A stretch of 60,442 nucleotides of DNA from contig CBFGKC010000011.1 in NCBI GenBank assembly GCA_965649265.1, positions 1-60,442 on the forward strand, given 5' to 3'. The notes beneath the pieces are model-generated. The model had not been told where the DNA came from and did not search any database. It was given only the letters and a program-made list of their open reading frames with translations. A program made the position numbers and the translations under genes. This document shows, in pieces, positions 44,515 to 53,665 of the stretch (within the stretch, counting starts at the first letter, position 1; the number at the start of each line of letters is the position of its first letter). Source of the DNA: a candidate division WOR-3 bacterium. GTDB taxonomy: Bacteria > Hydrothermota > Tepidihabitantia > B3-TA06.

Positions 44515-45510
44515 TTAAAGGTAGGTAAGACCCGTAATTTCTCTGACCTCTTCCAGGGTTTTGCGCGTTATTTCCCTGGCCTTGTCCGTTCCTTCTTTAA
44601 TTACTTTATGCACGGCTTTTGGATTGGCCAAAAGCTCCTTCTGGCGTTTCTGAATTGGTTCGAGGTGCTTGAGAATGTTCTCGACAAGTATCTTCTTGCA
44701 GTCAAGACAGCCGAAGGCTGCAGATTTGCAGTTATCCGCGCACAGGTTTTGCTCGTCGCTTGAGGAGAAGAACTTGTGCCAGGAGAACATGTTGCAAATG
44801 TCCGGGTTACCGGGGTCCGTCTTGCGAACGCGGGCGGGATCCGTTACCCCTTGTTTGTTTATCTTCTCGCGGATCGCATCTGCCTCATCATCGAGGTATA
44901 TGCAGTTGTCAAGACTTTTCGACATCTTGTTCTTGCCGTCAAGACCGATGACCTTGGCTTCATCCTTGCCGATGAGTTCCTTTGGTTCAGGGAAAAACTC
45001 ACCGAAACGGGAGTTGAAGGTGCGGGCTATCTCGCGAGTGAGTTCCAGATGAGCGCGCTGGTCCTCGCCGACAGGGACTGCGACCGACTTGTAAGCAAGA
45101 ATGTCTGCCGCCATAAGTATCGGGTAGTTGAAAAGCCCCATGTTTACGTTGTCTGGCTGCAATTTGGCCTTTTCCTTGAAGGTCGGGACACGTTGAATCC
45201 AGGGCAATTGAGTAACGGTTGCGAGAATCCATGCAAGTTCGGCGTGCTCTTGTACGCCTGACTGCAGCATTAAAATAGCTTTTTTGGGCTCCAGGCCGCA
45301 TGCGAGATAATTGACTGCTGCGTTAGTTATCCGGTCGGACATTTTTTGTACATCGTACTGTTCGGTCATCGCATGCAGATCGACAATGCCGAAAACGCAG
45401 TCATATTCATCCTGCAATGGAATGAACTGCTTGATAGCTCCGAAGTAATTGCCAATGTGGAGCCTTCCTGAGGGCTGAATGCCGGAAAAAATGCGGCCTT
45501 TGGATGCCAT
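44515..45510 (-). CDS. trpS: tryptophanyl-tRNA synthetase
   Basis: SGIQPSG.LHIGNY, YPILMAADIL, VPVGEDQ, KMSKS. Confidence 0.97.
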   Translation of the reverse strand: MASKGRIFSGIQPSGRLHIGNYFGAIKQFIPLQDEYDCVFGIVDLHAMTEQYDVQKMSDRITNAAVNYLACGLEPKKAILMLQSGVQEHAELAWILATVTQLPWIQRVPTFKEKAKLQPDNVNMGLFNYPILMAADILAYKSVAVPVGEDQRAHLELTREIARTFNSRFGEFFPEPKELIGKDEAKVIGLDGKNKMSKSLDNCIYLDDEADAIREKINKQGVTDPARVRKTDPGNPDICNMFSWHKFFSSSDEQNLCADNCKSAAFGCLDCKKILVENILKHLEPIQKRQKELLANPKAVHKVIKEGTDKAREITRKTLEEVREITGLTYL

Positions 45511-45512
45511 AA

Positions 45513-46607
45513 TTACTTTGCTCCTTTAATAACGGGAAGTGCATGGCGCTCGAGAACCTCAAGGGCCTTGAGCGTATCGGCCTCGTTTGCATGACCCATG
45601 TGGCCGAAACGGATGAGCTTTCCTTTAAGATGCTCCTGGCCGTTCGCAAACAGAATGCCTTCCTCTGTCTTGATTGTTTTAATTATCGGTGTCGAATCAA
45701 CGCCTTCGGGCATCTTTAATACCGATAGGGCGTTTGAAGGTCTCTTTGGCATGAAGTCGAATCCCATCGCTCTGGCCTTCTCCCTGAATGTGTTTGCCCA
45801 GAGTTCGTGTTCCATCCATACGTTCTCGATACCCTGGTTCGAGAATTTTTCCGCCGCAAGCGCGAGCGCCATCATCACCGTAATTGCGGGAGTCCAAGGG
45901 GTGAAGCCCTGAAGGCGAAACTTCTCCGCAATCTTCATGCTGAAGTAGTACTTGGGCAGGGTAGAAGTCTCGACCAGCTTCCAGGCCCGTTCGTTAACGG
46001 CGACAAGGGCTGCACCGGGAGGGGCCCCTATGGCTTTCTGCGAACCGCCTATTGTTATGTCCACGTTCCAGGCATCCATGCGGAGTTCGTCCGCCACAAG
46101 ACCGGCGATTGAATCGAGGACGAACACCTTGTCGTAACGCCTGACAACGTCGCCTATTGCCTTGACGTCGTTGCGGGCGCCGGTCGAGGTCTCGGTGAAC
46201 GTGGCCAGAACGGCCTTTATTTTCGGATTCGCCTTGAGCGCTTCCTCTATTTTTGCCGGATCGGCCGTGTCTCCGAATTCGAACTCAATGTAAGTAGGCT
46301 TCAACCTGTATGTGTTTGCGAGTTCCTTCCAGCGTTGTCCGAAGTTTCCTATTGAGGCGATGAGTACCTCATCTCCCTCTGAAAAGAGATTCACGAGTGC
46401 CGCTTCCATTCCGCCGGTCCCCGAAGAAGTGAAAAAGAAAATACGCGAATCGGTGAACATTATCTTCTTGAAATTCTCCGCGACCTTGTTCATGACGTCG
46501 GCAAACGACTGATCGCGATGGTATGGAAAGCGTTTTCCATTCTCGGCGAGTATATCTTCCGGAACCTCGACAGGCCCGGGCGTGAACAGACGGTATTTAG
46601 CCACCAA
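45513..46607 (-). CDS. class V PLP aminotransferase (alanine-glyoxylate/serine-pyruvate type)
   Basis: LFTPGP, SGTGGMEA, ETSTG, GSQKA, RFGHMG. Confidence 0.92.
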   Translation of the reverse strand: MVAKYRLFTPGPVEVPEDILAENGKRFPYHRDQSFADVMNKVAENFKKIMFTDSRIFFFTSSGTGGMEAALVNLFSEGDEVLIASIGNFGQRWKELANTYRLKPTYIEFEFGDTADPAKIEEALKANPKIKAVLATFTETSTGARNDVKAIGDVVRRYDKVFVLDSIAGLVADELRMDAWNVDITIGGSQKAIGAPPGAALVAVNERAWKLVETSTLPKYYFSMKIAEKFRLQGFTPWTPAITVMMALALAAEKFSNQGIENVWMEHELWANTFREKARAMGFDFMPKRPSNALSVLKMPEGVDSTPIIKTIKTEEGILFANGQEHLKGKLIRFGHMGHANEADTLKALEVLERHALPVIKGAK

Positions 46608-47859
46608 AAACCTCCTTGGAACGTTTCATGGCACAAAATTCTCCGCACATCGTACACACATCTTCGTTTTCCTTCGGGTACGCCCCGAATTTTCTTGCGG
46701 CCTCTACTGGATCGAGCGCCGTTTTGATCATCTCCTCCCATTTCAGGTTCTCCCTCAGAGCCGACATTTTGTCATCCCACATTCTTGCTCGTTCCGGAAA
46801 CTTCGCAATATCGGCCGCATGCGCGGCAATTCTCGATACGATCGTGCCGACCCTTACGTCCTCGATATCGGGAAGACCGAGATGTTCTGAAGGGGTCACG
46901 TAGCATAGAAAATCGGCACCGTGCATGCCGGCAATAGCGCCGCCTATAGCTGACACGATATGGTCGTATCCGGGTGCGACGTCGGTAACGAGCGGACCCA
47001 GAACGTAAAAGGGCGCACCGTGACAGACCTCCTTCTCCAGCTTCATGTTCATCTCTATCTGATTAATGGGCACGTGGCCGGGACCTTCGACCATTGCCTG
47101 AACCCCTCTCCTGCGTGCCCGGTCAACCTGTTCTCCGATTATCAAAAGTTCCTGGATCTGCGCTCTGTCCGACGCGTCGGCAAGGGCGCCCGGCCGCAGG
47201 CCGTCTCCAAGGCTCAGACAGGCCCCGTATTGCGAGGTCAAATCCAGAAGCCTGTCGAAATGCTCTGCAAACGGATTCTCCTTTCCATTCTTAATCATCC
47301 ACTGGGCCATCATGGAGCCGCCGCGGCTTACAATGCCTGCAAGGCGCTTGCGATTCTTCAGTCGCTCGACACCGGCAAGGGTAAGCCCCGTGTGGATGGT
47401 AAGGAAATCGACCCCGTCCTCCAGGTGCTTTTCCACTCCCGCGAAGATCTCGTCTACGGTCAAATCGAGAAAGGACTTGCCCGATCTTGGTGCGTCGCAT
47501 GCCGCCTGGTATATGGGCACGGTTCCAATAGGTACGGTAGACTCTCTAATGACCGCTCTCCTTACCTCGTCAATGTCTCCGCCCGTGGAAAGATCCATCA
47601 CGGTATCCGCGCCCGCCTCGATGGCCGCCCGGAGTTTGGAAAGCTCCTGCACAAGGCTTACTATTGAGGGGGAGGTTCCCAGGTTGGCATTTACCTTGGT
47701 TATGAGTCCTTTGCCCACTCCCATTGGAGTTATTTCGCGCGGACGTTTGCGATTGTAAGGAATTACAATGGTTCCGTCTTCAAGTCCCTTTCTGACAAAG
47801 ACTTCATCAACGCCTTCACTTACGGCAACCTTCTTGACCAGGGCATCGTCTTTAAGCAT
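46597..47859 (-). CDS. thiC: phosphomethylpyrimidine synthase
   Basis: KVNANLG, DTVMDLSTG, PIGTVPIYQ, SRGGS, EGPGH, YVTPSEHL, CTMCGEFC; thiL lies nearby. A BzaA/B/F paralog is not excluded. Confidence 0.9.
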   Translation of the reverse strand: MLKDDALVKKVAVSEGVDEVFVRKGLEDGTIVIPYNRKRPREITPMGVGKGLITKVNANLGTSPSIVSLVQELSKLRAAIEAGADTVMDLSTGGDIDEVRRAVIRESTVPIGTVPIYQAACDAPRSGKSFLDLTVDEIFAGVEKHLEDGVDFLTIHTGLTLAGVERLKNRKRLAGIVSRGGSMMAQWMIKNGKENPFAEHFDRLLDLTSQYGACLSLGDGLRPGALADASDRAQIQELLIIGEQVDRARRRGVQAMVEGPGHVPINQIEMNMKLEKEVCHGAPFYVLGPLVTDVAPGYDHIVSAIGGAIAGMHGADFLCYVTPSEHLGLPDIEDVRVGTIVSRIAAHAADIAKFPERARMWDDKMSALRENLKWEEMIKTALDPVEAARKFGAYPKENEDVCTMCGEFCAMKRSKEVFGG

Positions 47860-47924
47860 AATACACTAATTATAGACCTCGCGCCGGATATGTCAAACTC
47901 CGGTCGGGATGAAGGAGAAGATTC

Positions 47925-50153
47925 TTGATATTTGAACTTGCAATCGTCCTCGTTTCCGCAACGGTGGACGGTCGTGTAATTGACGATCAAAGTCGTCAGC
48001 CTCTTGCCGGCTGCAACGTTTATCTTGACGGTACTACTTATGGCGACGCGAGCGGTACGGACGGATACTACAAAATAGAACAAGTACCCGCAGGCTCCTA
48101 CAAACTCGTGTTCTCCATGATAGGTTACAAAACTGTTGAGAGAAACGTAGAAGTCTCCGTCGACTCCAGGATCCACGAAAACGCGATGCTGGAGCTTGCC
48201 GCAGTCAATCTCCCGGAGGTAAACGTATCGAGCAGGAGAACGGAATTCGAAAATGAAGTTACCGCCTCGGCCTTCAGAATCAACCGCGAAGCGCTCAAGC
48301 GTTCCCCATCAATGGGCGAGCAGGATCTTTTCAGAACACTCCTTACGCTTCCTGGTGTCACGTTCACGAGTGATTTCACGACTGCGCTTTACGTTCGCGG
48401 TGGCAGCCCGGATCAGAACCTCGTACTTCTTGATAACATGGTTCTCTATAATCCTTTCCACCTCGGCGGTTTCTTTTCTACTTTCATGCTCGACGCGGTG
48501 GACAAAGTGGAGTTCCTGACGGGCGGTTTTCCGTCCAGCTACGGCAATCGGCTTTCCTCTGTCCTTTCGGTCGAAAGCATCGAACCCGAACCTCTTGGTG
48601 GATACGCCTCCGCAAGCCTTCTTGCAACAGAGGGCGCTATCTGGGCAACAAAAGGGAACTTTGGTGGACTTGCGGCGGCAAGGTTAACCTATTTCGATAA
48701 GATTATACCTTTGTTCGGGATTTCTTTTCCATACCAGTTTGCGGACGTCCACACGGTCGCAAGCTGGCATCCTTCCTCCCGTACCCGCCTGGACGCGACC
48801 TTCTTTTACACGAACGATAACCTCGATCTTGGTGCCCAGGACATCCCTCTCGGACTTGGCTGGTCCAACTACATGGCAAGCGCACGTCTTGTTCAGCAGC
48901 TTCAAGACCCCTGGGTCGCCAAATTATGGTTCGGATGGACGCGCTACGATGCGGCGATGCATTTCAGCGATCTCTTCGATTATTCCAACAGCATTGACGA
49001 TATCTCATTGCGAGCAAATATCGCGCGCGTGACCGAGACGTCAACTATCGAGACAGGCACCGAGTTAAGCGCCTACCTCTTTACTTACAACGTCGACGCC
49101 GATCCGTTCGCAGTCTACAATGTTGAGGGTTATCCCTTGCTCGGAGCCGCCTACTGCACCTGGCGCTGGAAGCCGACGCCTTTGTTCCTTTTCGAGGCGG
49201 GCGGGCGCTTTTCCATGTACTATGCTTTCTATCCAGACACCCTGAAGGACTCTTTATCAGGCGAAGTAATATCTATCGATTCCACCGTTCATCTTGACCC
49301 TGAACCTGAGCTTCGTCTTTCTGCGAAATATTTTCTCACGGCGGACGACGCCATCAACCTATCAGTCGGGAACTACTATCAGAATCTTGCCATGATTCTT
49401 CCTCAGGGCGGCAGGATTCCGACCAACTTTTGGATACCCATTTACGGCAAGTACGAACCCCAGCAGTCAATTCACTTTATCGCCGGGTACGAGCACATGT
49501 TCAGGGACGGTTCCCGAATTCGCGTCGAACCTTATTACAAATACTATCCCTATCTCCTGGCTTTCAACGAGGCCAGCATCAACATCAACGACGTCGACGA
49601 AACAATGTTCGCCGAGGGCAAGGGCCGCTCGTACGGCGCAGACTTCAGCGTGGAAAAGCTCACAGGTTCGCTCACCGGCTGGATATCCTACTCCCTTGGG
49701 TTCAGTCGCTTTATCTCCGATACCCTCGAGTTCTACACCGCCTTCGACCGCCGCCACAGTTTCAACATCGTCGCCAACTACGACCTTGGGAAAAAATGGA
49801 ACGTGAGCGCCAAGTGGACGTTTGCCACAGGAATGCCATATGCCGGTACGCTCGGCAGGGTCCGCGTGTGGTTCTGGGATCCCATATACCAGGAGTGGCG
49901 CTACAGCTGGACGACCATCGAAGCCGATTATAACACCCTGCGATTCCCGCCTTATCATCGTCTCGATATCGGCGCATCAAAGACCTGGCAGTTTAAATGG
50001 GGAGCACTCACGGCACGCGCCGATATCATAAACATCTATAACCAGAAGAACGTGATGCTTTATTACTACGATATGGATTCCGAGCCGCCTACACAGCAGG
50101 CGGTGAGCATGATACCCTTCTTTCCATCCGTTGGGATAGAAGCGAGGTTCTGA
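47925..50153 (+). CDS. TonB-dependent receptor
   Basis: N-terminal CarboxypepD-like domain, LPGV..YVRGGSPDQNL plug, GGFPSSYGNRLSSV, C-terminal Phe. Confidence 0.92.
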   Translation: MIFELAIVLVSATVDGRVIDDQSRQPLAGCNVYLDGTTYGDASGTDGYYKIEQVPAGSYKLVFSMIGYKTVERNVEVSVDSRIHENAMLELAAVNLPEVNVSSRRTEFENEVTASAFRINREALKRSPSMGEQDLFRTLLTLPGVTFTSDFTTALYVRGGSPDQNLVLLDNMVLYNPFHLGGFFSTFMLDAVDKVEFLTGGFPSSYGNRLSSVLSVESIEPEPLGGYASASLLATEGAIWATKGNFGGLAAARLTYFDKIIPLFGISFPYQFADVHTVASWHPSSRTRLDATFFYTNDNLDLGAQDIPLGLGWSNYMASARLVQQLQDPWVAKLWFGWTRYDAAMHFSDLFDYSNSIDDISLRANIARVTETSTIETGTELSAYLFTYNVDADPFAVYNVEGYPLLGAAYCTWRWKPTPLFLFEAGGRFSMYYAFYPDTLKDSLSGEVISIDSTVHLDPEPELRLSAKYFLTADDAINLSVGNYYQNLAMILPQGGRIPTNFWIPIYGKYEPQQSIHFIAGYEHMFRDGSRIRVEPYYKYYPYLLAFNEASININDVDETMFAEGKGRSYGADFSVEKLTGSLTGWISYSLGFSRFISDTLEFYTAFDRRHSFNIVANYDLGKKWNVSAKWTFATGMPYAGTLGRVRVWFWDPIYQEWRYSWTTIEADYNTLRFPPYHRLDIGASKTWQFKWGALTARADIINIYNQKNVMLYYYDMDSEPPTQQAVSMIPFFPSVGIEARF

Positions 50154-50992
50154 TGAAGAAACTTCTTCCACTCATCCTTTTGGTCGCCCTCATCCTCGCG
50201 TGTGAAGGTCAGAACGAGCAGAAGTTTGAGCCTGAGCCGGATATTTTTGCGTTATTATCAGTACGAGACACTTCCGAGGACGACGGTTTTGGAAAACACC
50301 AATGGCAATGGGTAAAAATTGACCAGAGCTATGACATAAAGGATTCTGTAAGTACATGGGGACTAAGGGGCGCTTCTGCAAAACTTTATTATTTTCCTGA
50401 CCCTCATTCATACGTGGACTTAATTGACAGTTTCTTTGATCAGGATTCTTTGAAATGGTATAAATATGATCATGAAGGATGGTACGGGGGATTTGTTCCG
50501 ATAACCGATTATGATGAGTACACTCTCAATATCGTTTTACCCTGGGGTGATACCGTCACGGGCAAATCAATGATGCCTTCTCCGGTATACATCTCCTGGC
50601 CCAAAGACGGGGACACTCTCTCAATCTCGCAGGAACTTGCAAACCCTCATCCTATAACCTGGAACAATTGTCGCAACGTTGGGCTTTATACCCTGCAATG
50701 TGTGCCCAATGTCGATACCTCGAAATACGACTCTTTCCCGCCGTTTCTCTTCATCCCATCTTTTTCTAACGACACGAGCTATCAATTCTTTCTCGAGCGT
50801 GCGGTTGTGCCGTGGGTATATAACCAGGAATACATCGTACGCGTCAACGCGTACGGCACCGAATACGCAAGTTACATCAAACTTGGCCTTAGCGGCGGCA
50901 AGGCCAATCTCGTGACTCAAACAGGCGACACCTGCTTCGGCGTCTTTTCAGGCATCGCCATAGATTCCGTCCGCGTGTATCTTATCGAATAG
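50153..50992 (+). CDS. DUF4249-like lipoprotein
   Basis: ILAC lipobox; follows the TonB receptor; C-terminal FGVFSG. Confidence 0.75.
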   Translation: MKKLLPLILLVALILACEGQNEQKFEPEPDIFALLSVRDTSEDDGFGKHQWQWVKIDQSYDIKDSVSTWGLRGASAKLYYFPDPHSYVDLIDSFFDQDSLKWYKYDHEGWYGGFVPITDYDEYTLNIVLPWGDTVTGKSMMPSPVYISWPKDGDTLSISQELANPHPITWNNCRNVGLYTLQCVPNVDTSKYDSFPPFLFIPSFSNDTSYQFFLERAVVPWVYNQEYIVRVNAYGTEYASYIKLGLSGGKANLVTQTGDTCFGVFSGIAIDSVRVYLIE

Positions 50993-51004
50993 GGGGGAGG
51001 GGGT

Positions 51005-51817
51005 ATGGGAAAGATACCACGAATCATACCATTTATGATTCTATTGCTTTTCCTTATCGGATGTGAGGGAGACTATCAAGAATTTGAGCCTGAAACGAAC
51101 ATCCTGGCTTTGATGATTGTTACATCAGCCAATTATCCTCCTGATTCTCAATTTATCTTAGTGGATAGAAGTTACAGCATAATGGATTCGGTAAAGCCAC
51201 CACCTTTGGTCGATTCGCTGGGATGGCTTCCGGTTTACGACTATTTAGATGTAGATGGGATTCAGGGTTGTAACGTCTTCTTGAGAAGCGACTATATAAC
51301 AAAATTTCTGGAGGATACAAATCCAAATCGCAAGGGGTTATACCGCACCCGGATGGACTTTATCGATAGTATTCCCTATACACTCGAAGTCGTTTTACCA
51401 GAAGGCGATACGGTTACCGGCACTTTATATCTTCCTTCAGAACTTAGGATTCTAGCTCCGGCAGTAGGTTGTACAATCTCTCTAAAGGGGGAACGCAAAG
51501 ACAGCAATCGTATCTACTGGAACAAGTGCCGGAACGTAAGCAAGTATTTCATTTTTCTGTTGTATGGTGACGATTTAATTTCAGCCGATTATCTACCGGA
51601 TATAACTGACGATACCAGTTGCGTTTTCTTTGCTAAGGTTCCGTTTGAGATTCCACCCAGAAGTTATTGCATCCTGACACTTTTGGTCATGGGCATAACC
51701 TCTGAGTACCAAGACTATCTTGATCCACGCAACAAGGGGCGTGGCAATTTATCTTCAGGTTACGGTGTATTTACAGGCATTACGATTGACAAGCACCGAA
51801 TCTATTTCGTCGAATAA
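51005..51817 (+). CDS. DUF4249-like lipoprotein (paralog of 50153)
   Basis: LIGC lipobox; FEPE..I.AL, LP.GDTVTG, WN.CRNV, YGVFTG. Confidence 0.75.
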   Translation: MGKIPRIIPFMILLLFLIGCEGDYQEFEPETNILALMIVTSANYPPDSQFILVDRSYSIMDSVKPPPLVDSLGWLPVYDYLDVDGIQGCNVFLRSDYITKFLEDTNPNRKGLYRTRMDFIDSIPYTLEVVLPEGDTVTGTLYLPSELRILAPAVGCTISLKGERKDSNRIYWNKCRNVSKYFIFLLYGDDLISADYLPDITDDTSCVFFAKVPFEIPPRSYCILTLLVMGITSEYQDYLDPRNKGRGNLSSGYGVFTGITIDKHRIYFVE

Positions 51818-51870
51818 AATATGTATCAGGATTCTATTGACATAAGCCTCATAATCGCTAGAATTTATTA

Positions 51871-52755
51871 GTGGCGATGATTATTGACGGCAAAAAGGTC
51901 GCGAAGGAGAGGGAGGAGGCCCTCCTTGAAAGAATTAAGAAGCTTTACGAAGAATATGATGTTACCCCTTGTCTCGCCTTCCTTTCCGCGGGCGCGGACG
52001 AGGCGTCGCTCTCATACCAGCGTTCGCAAAAGAAGGCCTGCGAGCGCGTCGGTATACTCCCCAAGACAATCAATCTTGACGCAAAGGTTTCCGAGTCGGA
52101 AATACTCGACACTCTCTTCAACCTTAACGAAGACGATGGCGTTCACGGCATCATAGTGACCCTCCCCCTCCCTAAAGGCATCGACGAGGAGCGCATACTG
52201 GGCGCAATCGAACTGATCAAGGACGTTGACTGCCTGAATCCTGCCAATCGGGGCCGTCTTGCATTCGGCAAGGCAGCGTTTCTGCCCGCGACGCCTGCAG
52301 GAATCGTGGAGTTGCTAAAGACTTACGAGATACCTTTTTCAGGCAAGCATGTGGTCGTTATTGGCCGCGGAAAGGCCGTCGGCTGGCCGCTGGCGCAGAT
52401 GCTTATGTGCAAGGGCAGCGACGCGACCGTGACCGTCTGCCATTCACGTTCGGGCGATCTCGTTCAATACACCAGAAAGGCCGACATCCTCGTAGCCGCG
52501 ATAGGAAAGGCGCGTTTTGTGGGTCCGGAATTCGTTAACGAGAAACAAACCGTTATCGATGCGGGCATAAACGGTGAGGATACGGGCTCGGGCTGGAAAA
52601 TGGTAGGGGATGTTGACTTTGAGAAAGTTTCGGATAAAGTTTATGCTGTTAGCCCTGTTCCCGGCGGAGTAGGGCCGATGACGGTAGCAATGCTTTTATC
52701 AAACGTCGTGCAAGCGGCGGAAAGGAGAGCTTTAGAGACCCCTTCTTGTGGATGA
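51871..52755 (+). CDS. folD: methylenetetrahydrofolate dehydrogenase/cyclohydrolase
   Basis: IIDGK, KDVD, PATPAGI, ATVTVCHS, GDVDF, PVPGGVGPMTVAML. Confidence 0.96.
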   Translation: MAMIIDGKKVAKEREEALLERIKKLYEEYDVTPCLAFLSAGADEASLSYQRSQKKACERVGILPKTINLDAKVSESEILDTLFNLNEDDGVHGIIVTLPLPKGIDEERILGAIELIKDVDCLNPANRGRLAFGKAAFLPATPAGIVELLKTYEIPFSGKHVVVIGRGKAVGWPLAQMLMCKGSDATVTVCHSRSGDLVQYTRKADILVAAIGKARFVGPEFVNEKQTVIDAGINGEDTGSGWKMVGDVDFEKVSDKVYAVSPVPGGVGPMTVAMLLSNVVQAAERRALETPSCG

Positions 52756-52798
52756 TGAGTTCATGCCTTTTTCATAAGGGGTGGGAAAAGGAGGTTTT

Positions 52799-53665
52799 GT
52801 GGATATAGCCGCCTTGCTTGATAAGAAACGTTTGCTTATCGAGGCGGCTCTTATGCGTTATCTCCCCGAAAAGAAGAACCGCCTGAGCGATGCCATGAGG
52901 TACAGCCTTCTTGCGGGTGGAAAGCGTCTCAGGCCGATTCTTGCGCTTCTTTCATACGAGGCCGCCGGGGGGCGAAGCGAGGATGAGATCATTCCTGCGG
53001 CATGCGCTCTGGAGTACGTTCATACGTTCACCCTGATTCACGACGATTTGCCCGCAATGGATAACGACGATTTTCGCAGGGGAAAGCCTACATGCCACAA
53101 GGAGTTCGGCGAGGGCATGGCCATACTCGCCGGTGACGGGTTGATGATAGACGGTCTCGGTCTCGTTGCTCGTTCGACGGCATCATCTGACAAAGTCAAA
53201 AGAGCCATCGCTCTCTTTTGTCGTGTCCTGGGCAGCGAGGGAGTCACGCTGGGGCAGGCGGACGATCTCTATGGAAAGGAGATAAATTCCCGATTCCTGC
53301 GCCATATCCATCTTCGCAAGACCGCGCTATTCATCGCTTTTTCAATACTCACAGGCGCGCTGCTGGCCGGTTCGGCGGATGATATGCTGGCCAGGTTGGA
53401 GTGGGCGGGCGTGCTTGCAGGGATGGGGTTTCAGGTGAGGGACGATATCTTGGATCGAACGAGTTCCCTTGACGAACTCGGGAAAACCCCGGGCAAAGAC
53501 ACTGTAGAAAATAAACTTACCTATCCGCATCTGTACGGCGTGGAACGCTCGGAGCGCATCGCGCGGAGCTATGCAAAAAGGGCAAGGAGGATCTTTGAAA
53601 ACCTTGGAGAAAACTGGCGGTTGTTCTCCTATCTTACAGACTTTCTGGTGGTGAGAACCAAATGA
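52799..53665 (+). CDS. ispA: polyprenyl (farnesyl) diphosphate synthase
   Basis: GGKRLRP, LIHDDLPAMDNDDFRRGKPT, FQVRDDILD, GKTPGKD; AGGAGG RBS before GTG 52799. Confidence 0.94.
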   Translation: MDIAALLDKKRLLIEAALMRYLPEKKNRLSDAMRYSLLAGGKRLRPILALLSYEAAGGRSEDEIIPAACALEYVHTFTLIHDDLPAMDNDDFRRGKPTCHKEFGEGMAILAGDGLMIDGLGLVARSTASSDKVKRAIALFCRVLGSEGVTLGQADDLYGKEINSRFLRHIHLRKTALFIAFSILTGALLAGSADDMLARLEWAGVLAGMGFQVRDDILDRTSSLDELGKTPGKDTVENKLTYPHLYGVERSERIARSYAKRARRIFENLGENWRLFSYLTDFLVVRTK

